A stretch of DNA of 32,000 nt, from contig NC_022093.1 of the NCBI RefSeq assembly GCF_000446015.1, forward strand, positions 1,050,001 to 1,082,000, read 5' to 3'. Of this stretch, positions 24,048-32,000 are shown one piece after another (the first letter of the stretch is position 1; every line of letters starts with the position of its first letter). The notes below the pieces were generated by a model. It did no database searches. It worked only from the letters and a program-made list of their open reading frames with translations, and was not told the origin of the DNA. A program made the translations under genes and the position numbers. This DNA comes from Thermofilum adornatum. Its GTDB lineage: Archaea > Thermoproteota > Thermoprotei > Thermofilales > Thermofilaceae.

Positions 24048-25247
24048 TTATTTAACTTGGCATGCAAATTTAAAAATACACAAAGATGCAAATGCTATAA
24101 CTCCAAGAATAGCTCCTGCGATAAATAGAAAAACAGGGCTGATACTATACAATTCTCCACCCAGAAGAGGCGCTATGATGGTAGCCCCTTCAATCAGTGA
24201 AACAATTGATGAGAATTTTCCCCTATCTATGTCTCTAATACTGCGGGTCCAAAACGAAAAAAGTGAGGGTTCGTAGAAGTTTACAGATGTTTCTAGAAGA
24301 ACATAGGCAACTAATAAAACCATTAAATTTGGCTGTAAAAGAAAAAGCATCATAGATAATGTGATAACAAAAGAAGAGATAATAATACAATTGATCTCTC
24401 CAAGCATTCTAATGATGAACCCGGAAAGAGGCAATACGAAAAAGGTGATACATATGTTGGATACTGTCAGAATAAGACCATACTCAAGCTCACTAACCTT
24501 TGCAATCTCTGTAGAGTATATGACCAAGAAAGGACTAGCCATTGCGAAGACAAAAATTATTATGCTCCCCAAAAGGATAAGCAGAATAATTCTCCTATCA
24601 ATACTTCTAATTAAATTCAAGTATGCTCCAAAAAACTGAGCACTTGTCCTGTCAAGCTTAGCATTTTGAGAAACTTTCCGCTCTTCCCTCATAAACAACA
24701 GGATCAAAACTCCCGATATTATCCCAAATGTTCCTGCGATAACCATTCCAATCCTTACGCCAACAAGAATACCAAATATGCTTATAAGTACCCCAGCAAT
24801 TAACGGAGAAACAAGCTTAACGATCCTCCGAGCAACCTCCATAAGTTGATAACCAATAGCTCTTTCTTTTTCCTTAAAAACCGAAGCCATAAGAGAATCA
24901 CGAGCTGGGCCATAGAAACTAAAAACAGTTGCAAGCAAAACAAACAAAAATAAAACCCTCCAATCCCACGCCACAGCATAGAGCGCCACAAAAAAGTGAG
25001 TTACTATAAGTAAAACCCCTAGAACCAGCCAGTTCCCATACTTATCTGTAAAATAGCCTCCAAAGAAATTCAGGCAAAGTATTATAAAAGAGGAAAGAGA
25101 TCCAAGGATTCCAAGCATAAAGGGAGTTCCGCCAAGTCTTATAAAATACAAGGAGAAGAAAGGCCTAAAAAGAGAAGCACCAAAACTAGTAAGAACTATA
25201 TAAAACAACAATATAATCGCAGGTTTTCTTGCATGAATAAACTTCAT
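24048..25247 (-). CDS. MFS-type transporter, substrate unknown
   Basis: About 12 hydrophobic helices and an MFS-like loop GGYFTDKYGN. ATG 25247 preferred over the upstream start at 25310. Noticeably A+T-rich coding sequence. Confidence 0.8.
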   Translation of the reverse strand: MKFIHARKPAIILLFYIVLTSFGASLFRPFFSLYFIRLGGTPFMLGILGSLSSFIILCLNFFGGYFTDKYGNWLVLGVLLIVTHFFVALYAVAWDWRVLFLFVLLATVFSFYGPARDSLMASVFKEKERAIGYQLMEVARRIVKLVSPLIAGVLISIFGILVGVRIGMVIAGTFGIISGVLILLFMREERKVSQNAKLDRTSAQFFGAYLNLIRSIDRRIILLILLGSIIIFVFAMASPFLVIYSTEIAKVSELEYGLILTVSNICITFFVLPLSGFIIRMLGEINCIIISSFVITLSMMLFLLQPNLMVLLVAYVLLETSVNFYEPSLFSFWTRSIRDIDRGKFSSIVSLIEGATIIAPLLGGELYSISPVFLFIAGAILGVIAFASLCIFKFACQVK

Positions 25248-25535
25248 GCAATTGAAATTTCGACTAATAAGGATTATTAACTTTTCGAGATTCATAAGAT
25301 AATAGTTCACAAGAGTCTCCTATTTCTTTTCTTAGTTCTTCAAAGTAAGCATTTTTGCAATTCCAGCTTGGATGAGCTTATCTTAATTGCGATGAGAAGT
25401 TCTCTTACCATGATAATTAATTCATTTAAAACTGTGGAGATAACATCACTTTTTCCTCTTTGCTTTCTCAAATATTTCTTAGCCTTCTTTACTCTATCTC
25501 TTTTCTTCAGAAAAAATCTAAAATATTATTAGCTG

Positions 25536-25787
25536 TCAAGACAGATCACGTTTCGTGTCTCTTCTAAATTCCTTTATTTCCCTTCTTAGGTCTCTAAGTT
25601 TAACTTTTTGGGCTATTTGGAGCAAAAAATCAACTGGGTCTTCTGGTTTAGGGATAAGAAGGATTTTTCCATCCGCCTTTTTTACTAAAATTATCCCTCC
25701 CTCCTTAATATTGAATTCTTCCCTTAACTCTTTGGGTATTACTATTTGACCCTTTCGCCCTACTTTTAATTCTTTAATCTTCCTCAT
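25536..25787 (-). CDS. AbrB/SpoVT (MazE/VapB-like) DNA-binding domain protein
   Basis: GRKGQIVIPKELREEFNIKEGGIILVKKADGKILLIP is a swapped-hairpin AbrB motif. The internal ATG 25787 has cctaaatatt ~25-30 nt upstream. The alternative GTG 25907 would overlap the cysS stop as GTGA and add 40 non-homologous residues. Confidence 0.75.
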   Translation of the reverse strand: MRKIKELKVGRKGQIVIPKELREEFNIKEGGIILVKKADGKILLIPKPEDPVDFLLQIAQKVKLRDLRREIKEFRRDTKRDLS

Positions 25788-25903
25788 AACTAAAATAGTT
25801 GGAGAAAGAATATTTAGGTTAATCTGTGTGGGAACTTTCATCCTCTTAGGAGAACCAATAATTATGTCAAAAAAGCCAGACATATATTTTACTTTGTCAC
25901 GTG

Positions 25904-27340
25904 TCACTTACTGGCAAGTAGCCACTTTGTTTTGTCCCCATAGTCCATTAGCTGTATTCCTAAGGAGCTGAGCCTATTCCTAATGTAGTCCGCAAGCTCG
26001 TAGTTCTTCTCTTCACGTAGCTTAGCCCTAACCTCGACAATTAGGTCGACAACCTCGTCGAAGGGGAGCATCTCCACAGCGCCTAGACCAAGGTCTTCGT
26101 CTAAAACTCCGAGTACACGGTTGAACTCCTCAAACAGGGATAGCGCCCTGTACACTAGTAGGTAGCTTGGCTTTGAGGAAATCTTGGAAAAAACTAGCCC
26201 CGAAAGCTTCATGACCGAGGCGAATGCCCCACTCGCGTTGAAATCATCGTCCATGTTTTCGTAGAAGTCTCTCCGTAGCGTTGACATCTCCTTTAGAACC
26301 TCGATCTCGTAGTCCGAGACGCGTCCAGGGATCTCGACCTCGCGGGAAAGCTTCTTCAAAAGAGCCACAGAGGACTTCAAGCGCTGCAGATTGCTTTGGG
26401 CCTGCCTGAGAACTTCGTCCGAAAACTGGAGGATTGTTCTGTAGTGGGCAGACGCGAGCCACAGCCTAACAACTAGGGGGTCGTACTCCCTGAAGAGGTC
26501 GCGAAGCGGTACAATGTTTTTCAAGCTCTTACTCATCTTTTCTCCCCCGACTTGGAGCATGCCCGTATGCATCCAGTATTTTACCCAAGGTCTCACGCCA
26601 AACAGTGACTCGCTCTGGGCCCTCTCGTTCTCGTGGTGGGGGAAAATAAGGTCGCTCCCGCCGCCATGTATCTCGAACCTCTGGCCAAGGTAGCGTGAAG
26701 ACATCACGCTGCACTCTATGTGCCAGCCGGGTCTTCCTGGGCCCCAAGGGGAGTCCCAGTACGGCTCGCCCGGCTTTCTGGCCTTCCAAAGTGCAAAGTC
26801 GTAGGGGTTCTTTTTCTCGGTGGCGAACTCCTCCTGGGTCCACATTTTCTTGTCTAGGCGCCCGCTCAGCCTGCCATAGTCGTCATAGGTGTCTACGTCA
26901 AAATAGACGCTTCCGCTGGGAGCTACATAGGCATGTCCAGAGGCGATCAGCTTCTGTACAAATTCAATGATGTCGGAGATATGCTCTGTCACGCGTGGGT
27001 GCATGTCTACAAAGACTCGTAGCTTGTTGAGTGCGTCTAAATAGTCAGACGTGTACTCATCGACTATTTCCCGCCAGTCCCTCCCCTCGTCCCGCGCCCT
27101 GTTTATTATCTTGTCATCTATATCCGTAATGTTCTGTACATGTACAACATCGTGGCCCTTCAGCCTGAGATACCGCTTAACAACGTCGAAAGCAACGTAT
27201 GTCCTCGCATGACCAACATGGGAAAAATCGTATACCGTTGGGCCACAAACATACATGGAAACCTTGCCAGGCTCAAAAGGCTCAAAGCCTTCCAGCGTCC
27301 TTGTCAATGTGTTATAGACCCGCAACACAATAGGAACCAC
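25904..27340 (-). CDS. cysS: Cysteinyl-tRNA synthetase (class I)
   Basis: HIGH-type motif [22 protein letters not shown] motif, [13 protein letters not shown] zinc/cysteine-binding region. GTG start. Confidence 0.95.
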   Translation of the reverse strand: MVPIVLRVYNTLTRTLEGFEPFEPGKVSMYVCGPTVYDFSHVGHARTYVAFDVVKRYLRLKGHDVVHVQNITDIDDKIINRARDEGRDWREIVDEYTSDYLDALNKLRVFVDMHPRVTEHISDIIEFVQKLIASGHAYVAPSGSVYFDVDTYDDYGRLSGRLDKKMWTQEEFATEKKNPYDFALWKARKPGEPYWDSPWGPGRPGWHIECSVMSSRYLGQRFEIHGGGSDLIFPHHENERAQSESLFGVRPWVKYWMHTGMLQVGGEKMSKSLKNIVPLRDLFREYDPLVVRLWLASAHYRTILQFSDEVLRQAQSNLQRLKSSVALLKKLSREVEIPGRVSDYEIEVLKEMSTLRRDFYENMDDDFNASGAFASVMKLSGLVFSKISSKPSYLLVYRALSLFEEFNRVLGVLDEDLGLGAVEMLPFDEVVDLIVEVRAKLREEKNYELADYIRNRLSSLGIQLMDYGDKTKWLLASK

Positions 27341-27408
27341 CGTTAGACAAGAATGCTTATAGCTACATGCAAAAATACTTTACCTTTTCCATTCGTTTGA
27401 AACCTACA

Positions 27409-28311
27409 ATGGACAAAGCCATTATAAAGGTCTCCAAGGAGCTACGCCTAGACCAGCTAAAACTAGACAATGCAGTCGTCATCATAGATGACTCAGGAGA
27501 ACCTTATGCCGGAAAAATCTCTGCCAAAAACCAATACAAAATCGAAAAGCCAGACATAAAAGCCCTCGAAGAAATCCACAAAGAAATACATAGCCGGGGT
27601 AGCCCGAGCATCATTGCTATAGGCGGTTTATCCGCTATAAACACGGCAAAAATACTCTCGCTACCTAGACTGCCACACAAAAACCTTCGCGAAATAGTCT
27701 ACGAAAACAAGCCCCCAGACCTACGGCCACTAATCATTGCAACAGTCCCAGCAATGTGCACAGAGGCGACAAAACTAACTCTTTTCTTCGACCCAGTAAA
27801 CCCCGTTTGGCTGATGCGACACACAGTGTCTCCAGTATTCTTGACTACTCCAGCTTTTCTAGAAAATGCTCTCCAGGACCCTAAAACACAGGTAGTAAAC
27901 CACGATGTCTCTCTAATAAAGGAAGCCCCAGACCATAATCTATTTTCATATCTATCTCTTTGTGGCCTGTATGAGAAATTCGGCCCCGGACCCCTTACAA
28001 TATTATTGTTGACACTTGCCTCGCTTTATTCTCTAAACATAGAGGAAGTTGCAAAGAATCTTGCCAAGCTTAACATCCAAGAGGCCTACACCAGGATCAA
28101 AATAAAAGACGATCCACAAAGCTGGATAGAGGAAGAAGCTAAATTCAGGGAAAAAAGGCCCAAGTTATACAAAAAGATGGATCTCCTAGTTGAACACTCA
28201 TGGACTTTTTACAGCCTACAACTTCGTAGATACGGATTCAAAGGAAAAACAGACCTCTACAAATTCTACAGAAGCCTCCTTATTTCCTTATCAATTTTAG
28301 GAAAGCCTTAA
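27409..28311 (+). CDS. Divergent Fe-ADH/DHQS-superfamily-like protein with degenerate signature motifs (possible pseudoenzyme)
   Basis: SIIAIGGLSAINTAKIL versus the canonical GGGSxxDxAK. LIIATVPAMCTEATKLTLFFD versus the canonical iPTTaGTGSExT. About 300 aa, shorter than typical members. No clear metal-binding His cluster seen. ATG 27409 preferred. Confidence 0.55.
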   Translation: MDKAIIKVSKELRLDQLKLDNAVVIIDDSGEPYAGKISAKNQYKIEKPDIKALEEIHKEIHSRGSPSIIAIGGLSAINTAKILSLPRLPHKNLREIVYENKPPDLRPLIIATVPAMCTEATKLTLFFDPVNPVWLMRHTVSPVFLTTPAFLENALQDPKTQVVNHDVSLIKEAPDHNLFSYLSLCGLYEKFGPGPLTILLLTLASLYSLNIEEVAKNLAKLNIQEAYTRIKIKDDPQSWIEEEAKFREKRPKLYKKMDLLVEHSWTFYSLQLRRYGFKGKTDLYKFYRSLLISLSILGKP

Positions 28312-29020
28312 CTCTTTCAGTTGAGGGAGAATCCAGTATTTTGCTCGCAGGCCCTTCCTCAATGATTTTTCCATGTTCCATGACGGCAATCCTGTCAGCC
28401 ACCTCCCTCGCAAAGTCCAGCTCGTGGGTCACCGCGAGCATTGCAATGTTCCTCTTTGCGACGTCAAGCAGTACATCTATGACTTCTGCCTTTAGTTCCG
28501 GGTCAAGGGCAGAGGTAGGCTCGTCAAGAAACAAGATCACGGGATCCATGGCCAAAGCCCTAGCAATAGCAACCCTCTGCTGTTGTCCACCACTAAGCTG
28601 GAGCGGATACTTTTCTTCAAACCCTGCTAGCCCCACCTGGCGCAATAGTTCTAAAGCTGTCCTCCTTGCATCCTCCTTGCTGTAGCCCTTCACAATCCTA
28701 AGTGGAAGCGCTACATTGTCTACAACTTTCATGTGTGGAAACAAGTTGTAACTCTGAAAAACAAAGCCGGTCTTTGCTCTAGCTTTCCTGAGATCAACGC
28801 TGCCAGAAGTCAATTCCTCGCCATCTAGGAATACTTTGCCCCTGGAGGGTTTCACCAGGAGCACCGCAACCTTTAAGAGAGTGCTCTTCCCGCTTCCACT
28901 AGGACCCATAATTACTACTTTTTCTCCCCTCTTAACTGTCAGGGAAACACCCCTAATAACTTCTACCCCCTCATAGCCAGCCTCGACGTCCTCAAGCCTC
29001 AATACTTCCTCGCTTACCAT
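28280..29020 (-). CDS. Polar amino-acid ABC transporter, ATP-binding protein (GlnQ/HisP-like)
   Basis: Walker A GPSGSGKST, Q-loop, signature LSGGQQQRVAIARAL, Walker B ILFLDEPTSALD, H-loop VTHE. Confidence 0.93.
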   Translation of the reverse strand: MVSEEVLRLEDVEAGYEGVEVIRGVSLTVKRGEKVVIMGPSGSGKSTLLKVAVLLVKPSRGKVFLDGEELTSGSVDLRKARAKTGFVFQSYNLFPHMKVVDNVALPLRIVKGYSKEDARRTALELLRQVGLAGFEEKYPLQLSGGQQQRVAIARALAMDPVILFLDEPTSALDPELKAEVIDVLLDVAKRNIAMLAVTHELDFAREVADRIAVMEHGKIIEEGPASKILDSPSTERVKAFLKLIRK

Positions 29021-29022
29021 GC

Positions 29023-29685
29023 CTATGCACCCGTGTATCCAGGGATCTTCAAAGCTTTCTCAATACGACGAGACGAATGGGAAATAGCATAGCACACAAT
29101 GAAGTATACAAGGGCGACTACGAGATAAGCCTCGAGGGCCCTATACGTGTATGAGGCCACGTATTCTCCCCTCCTTGTTAACTCTACGATGCCTATCACT
29201 GAGGCGAGGGAACTTTCCTTAATAACGGTCACAAACTCGTTTACAAGCGAGGGAATAGATATCCTTAAGGCCTGCGGCAAAACCACGTACCTGTAAACTT
29301 GGTATCCAGAGAAACCCAGGGACTCGGCCGAGAGAATCTGGACCTCAGGGATACTCTTTACAGCAGACCTAAATATCTCTGCCTGGTAAGCGGCACTATT
29401 TAGCCCAAGCGCCAGAAAAATCGAGGTCATAGCGTCAAACTTTATTCCAAGAGCCGGGAGACCAAAATAAATCAATAGGATCTGTACCAAGAGAGGCGTG
29501 CCCCTAACAATCTCAATGTATGGCCGCGCTACAATCTTTCCAGGCGTCGTACTGAGCCCAAGAAGGATAACACCGAGAACAAGGCCGAGGAGAAAAGACG
29601 AAACAGACAATTCCAGAGTTACTACGATACCTCCAGCAATGTATGGGCCGTACTCCACTAGAAAACTGAGGAAATCCATAGACAT
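29023..29685 (-). CDS. Polar amino-acid ABC transporter permease (His/Glu/Gln/Arg/opine family)
   Basis: 220 aa with 5-6 TM. Motifs RGTPLLVQILLIYFGLP and an EAA-like loop (SAESLGFSGYQVYRYVVLPQALR). Located 2 nt upstream of the ATPase gene. Confidence 0.9.
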   Translation of the reverse strand: MSMDFLSFLVEYGPYIAGGIVVTLELSVSSFLLGLVLGVILLGLSTTPGKIVARPYIEIVRGTPLLVQILLIYFGLPALGIKFDAMTSIFLALGLNSAAYQAEIFRSAVKSIPEVQILSAESLGFSGYQVYRYVVLPQALRISIPSLVNEFVTVIKESSLASVIGIVELTRRGEYVASYTYRALEAYLVVALVYFIVCYAISHSSRRIEKALKIPGYTGA

Positions 29686-29726
29686 CTCCTAGATAAAAAA
29701 GAAAAACATAAAAACATATATTTATT

Positions 29727-30566
29727 TTAGCTTGACCCAAGCCACTTTGCAATCTCGTTGTTAAAGATTTGTTGCATCTCGCCGGAGTCAATTAGTTTTT
29801 CTATCACACTGTTCACAACATATTTCAAGTCCTCAGCACCCTGAGGGACAGCAACAGCTCCTCCAATTGTTGGTATACTCACATAGGTAGCGATCTTCAG
29901 CGATGGCTCCTTTGTTATCAGCGCGTCGGCAATCTTATCGCCTAAAATCATTGCATCGATATCTCCTCTCTGTAGGGCCCAAACCAACTCAGGATATACA
30001 TGGTCATATGACTTTACCTCGGCTTTTCCCTTCAAGTTATTATTTGCCCACTCTTCCTGTATCGTCCCAAGTTGGACTCCTATCTTTTTCCCGTATAGAT
30101 CCTGCTCGCTCTTTATATTTGCGTTCTGTAGGGTAACCACGGCATAGCCTTTACTAGTATAGTATGGGATCGAGAAATCCACAACCTTCTCTCTTTCAGC
30201 CGTGGGAGTCATATCCGCGATAACTATATCAACGTCACCATTCTTCAGCGCCTCTATCAACCCGGCAAACTTCATGTCCTTTATCTCGAGTGAAACGCCC
30301 AGCTCCTGGGCTATTCTCTTAGCTATCTCTATGTCTATCCCTGCGTAGTTATGATTTGCATCTACATACTCGAATGGCGGCCAGTCTGCACTCGTCCCTA
30401 CAATAAGCTTCCCACGAGCTTTGATTTTGTCAATATAGTTCTGTGCTTGCTGTTTCGAACTATATCCTAGTAGCCCGTATGTTGCTAGGCCTCCTACCAG
30501 TAGACCAACTATAAAAATTGCAAGCATATTTGGTAGGCTCTTAAAGTTTTTTATTTTTTGGCTCAT
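29727..30566 (-). CDS. Polar amino-acid ABC transporter substrate-binding protein (family 3 SBP), membrane-anchored
   Basis: An N-terminal TM/signal anchor (MLAIFIVGLLVGGLATYGLL) followed by GTSADWPPFEY...GIDIEIAKRIA...DIVIADMTPTAEREKVVDFS. ATG 30566 preferred over 30617. Confidence 0.88.
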   Translation of the reverse strand: MSQKIKNFKSLPNMLAIFIVGLLVGGLATYGLLGYSSKQQAQNYIDKIKARGKLIVGTSADWPPFEYVDANHNYAGIDIEIAKRIAQELGVSLEIKDMKFAGLIEALKNGDVDIVIADMTPTAEREKVVDFSIPYYTSKGYAVVTLQNANIKSEQDLYGKKIGVQLGTIQEEWANNNLKGKAEVKSYDHVYPELVWALQRGDIDAMILGDKIADALITKEPSLKIATYVSIPTIGGAVAVPQGAEDLKYVVNSVIEKLIDSGEMQQIFNNEIAKWLGSS

Positions 30567-30702
30567 GGCTATCAGAAAAGTTGTTAGTGATCTAGCTTTA
30601 TAAACTTTTTTATTCATTAAAGATTTTTCAAATAGATAAAAATCCTCAATATTTAGGACATTTCCAGAAAAACATATTAATCCAAGACATTCAATAAGCG
30701 AT

Positions 30703-31386
30703 ATGTCCAGACGTGAGGGCGTCTCTTACTATGTCCGCTTGGCTCTACTCTCGCGCCCATACGTGTTGATAGCTCTCCAGCAAGGAATAATAAACTACTC
30801 AGCCCTTGCAAAGCTCATACACGGCGATGTAGAAAAAATCGCTGGGCGGAGCTTCACAAAAACCTCGATAAAAATGGCTGTCCTCAGGGTAGCTAAGTCA
30901 ATGCTCGAGACAATACCTCCAACCCTCAGGCTCTCTAGGGTTCTCTCAAGTAGCTCCCTAAGAGTCTACCATGACTTAAGTGTTCTCTCGGTACCAAACA
31001 GCACTTTCCACACAAAAATTGAAAAAATGTTTGCTAGCGGCTCATTGTCCAAGACAAGTGTTCTCCACGTGATAAAGGGCGAAACAGCAGTCACGATAAT
31101 AACTGACACTGAAGCCGCTGAAAGAATAGTTTCAATCCTCACCAAGGAAGAAATACTCAGACACCTCAGAAACCAGGCGGCGATAGTACTCACAGGACCT
31201 CCAGAAATATTGACGACCCCCGGAATCGTCTCGCTAGTCTCAATGTCTATAGCAGTTCGAGGCGTAAACCTCACAGAAATTGTTTCGTGCCACAGGGACA
31301 TTATATTAATAGTTGAGGGAAGCGACCTATCTATGGCCTATGACACTCTTAGAACACTACTAGAGTGGGCAAAAACACAGCTCTAA
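30703..31386 (+). CDS. Hypothetical protein with C-terminal ACT-like domain and possible N-terminal HTH
   Basis: The C-terminus AAIVLTGPPEILTTPGIVSLVSMSIAVRGVNLTEIVSCHRDIILIVEGSDLSMAYDTLRTLLE resembles ACT domains of aspartate kinases. The N-terminus IINYSALAKLIHGDVEKIAG is HTH-like. No family name recognised. Confidence 0.55.
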   Translation: MSRREGVSYYVRLALLSRPYVLIALQQGIINYSALAKLIHGDVEKIAGRSFTKTSIKMAVLRVAKSMLETIPPTLRLSRVLSSSSLRVYHDLSVLSVPNSTFHTKIEKMFASGSLSKTSVLHVIKGETAVTIITDTEAAERIVSILTKEEILRHLRNQAAIVLTGPPEILTTPGIVSLVSMSIAVRGVNLTEIVSCHRDIILIVEGSDLSMAYDTLRTLLEWAKTQL

Positions 31387-31401
31387 AAAACTTCTACCGT
31401 T

Positions 31402-32000
31402 CTACTGTTCCCCAGCACTAGATGTGTCCTGGCTTTCGCCATTCTTTTTTTCCAGCATCGAGATAACGCTGTCGGCAAGTACTTCGAACGCCTTGGTAGC
31501 CTCTGCATCTGGGTATGCAATTACAAATGGGACACCCCCGTCAACGGCTTCATTTATCCGTGGATCCAAGGGTATCTCTGCCAGAATCTTTACGTTCATC
31601 TCTTCGGAAAGCTTCTCGGCACCACCCTTTCCAAAGATATAATGCTTTGTCCCGCATACGGGGCAAACAAAATAGGCCATGTTTGTGACAACGCCTAGCA
31701 ATGGCATTTTTACTTCTTGGCAGAAAGATATTGCCTTCTTGACGACTATCCTTGTCAAGTCGCTGGGAGTGGTCACGACGATAGCTCCGCTGAGATCCTT
31801 TATGAGCTGGGCGATGGTTAGTGGCTCGTCTCCGGTGCCTGGCGGAAGGTCGACCAATAGGAAGTCTAGTGGGCCCCAAGCAACCATGGATAAGAGCTCC
31901 CTTATGAATGAGGTCTTTAGGGGTCCCCGCCACACAAGGGCTGTTTCCTCGCTTGGAACCATCAGGTCTGAGGACACTATTTTTACGTTCCCAACTCCTA
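31402..32000 (-). CDS. Mrp/NBP35 (ApbC) family Fe-S cluster carrier ATPase; N-terminus outside the window
   Basis: VWRGP, DFLLVDLPPGTGDEPLT, and the CPVCG cluster-ligand motif. The frame stays open to nt 32000, and the Walker A region is absent from the window. Confidence 0.88.
   Translation of the reverse strand, partial: GVGNVKIVSSDLMVPSEETALVWRGPLKTSFIRELLSMVAWGPLDFLLVDLPPGTGDEPLTIAQLIKDLSGAIVVTTPSDLTRIVVKKAISFCQEVKMPLLGVVTNMAYFVCPVCGTKHYIFGKGGAEKLSEEMNVKILAEIPLDPRINEAVDGGVPFVIAYPDAEATKAFEVLADSVISMLEKKNGESQDTSSAGEQ

Noticed and set aside
23383-24091. Minus-strand ORFs rich in Cys/Leu/Arg (86, 111, 108 and 64 aa)
   Set aside because: They lie wholly or largely antisense to the well-supported ROK kinase gene. 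Their repetitive Leu/Cys/Arg composition reflects the complement of the Lys/Glu/Ala codons in that gene.
25311-25535. VapC/PIN toxin gene expected downstream of the AbrB-type gene; also a 46-codon hydrophobic + strand ORF (ATG 25372)
   Set aside because: No intact ORF with a start codon or PIN motifs exists on the minus strand. The + strand ORF is a Phe/Leu-rich translation of A/T-rich spacer with no promoter context. This is kept only as a possible decay remnant in the findings.
26244-26970. Several 72-104-aa ORFs on both strands within cysS
   Set aside because: The high G+C content of cysS suppresses stop codons in alternative frames. The products are Arg/Pro/Gly-rich nonsense, and cysS itself is unambiguous.

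Overview
The window is compact archaeal chromosome. It looks like a hyperthermophilic crenarchaeon, possibly Desulfurococcales-like, but I cannot name the species from sequence alone. The supporting signs are archaeal-type genes (Taw1, NucS/EndoMS, two-subunit 2-oxoacid:ferredoxin oxidoreductase, ROK glucokinase), TATA-like boxes about 25-35 nt upstream of start codons, frequent GTG/TTG starts, and many 4-32 nt gene-end overlaps.

I call about 33 protein genes and one tRNA-Gly(GCC). Most are housekeeping: an M50 site-2 protease, a MrfA/YprA-type helicase with a DUF1998 tail, an Mtq2/HemK-like methyltransferase, AsnRS, FeoA/FeoB, Taw1, NucS, OFOR alpha/beta, NAPRTase, GDH, ROK kinase, CysRS, a polar amino-acid ABC transporter, and a partial Mrp/NBP35 gene.

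I found no rRNA, CRISPR array, transposase or integrase, and no recognisable complete defence system.

The observations most worth follow-up are:
- An unlisted micro-ORF in a ~145-bp GAA/GAG homopurine tract, encoding a 55-aa poly-Glu/aromatic peptide, with an overlapping Arg/Gly-rich frame.
- A feoA-feoB-radical-SAM operon with overlapping stop and start codons.
- An MFS transporter fused to a DUF47/PhoU-like domain.
- A candidate C/D-box sRNA in a GC-rich island.
- NucS followed by an orphan 230-aa gene.
- Two apparently degenerate enzyme folds (MBL-like and Fe-ADH-like).
- An orphan AbrB-type gene abutting cysS, beside a visibly A+T-rich segment.

All family assignments come from motif recognition by eye. 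No database search was run.
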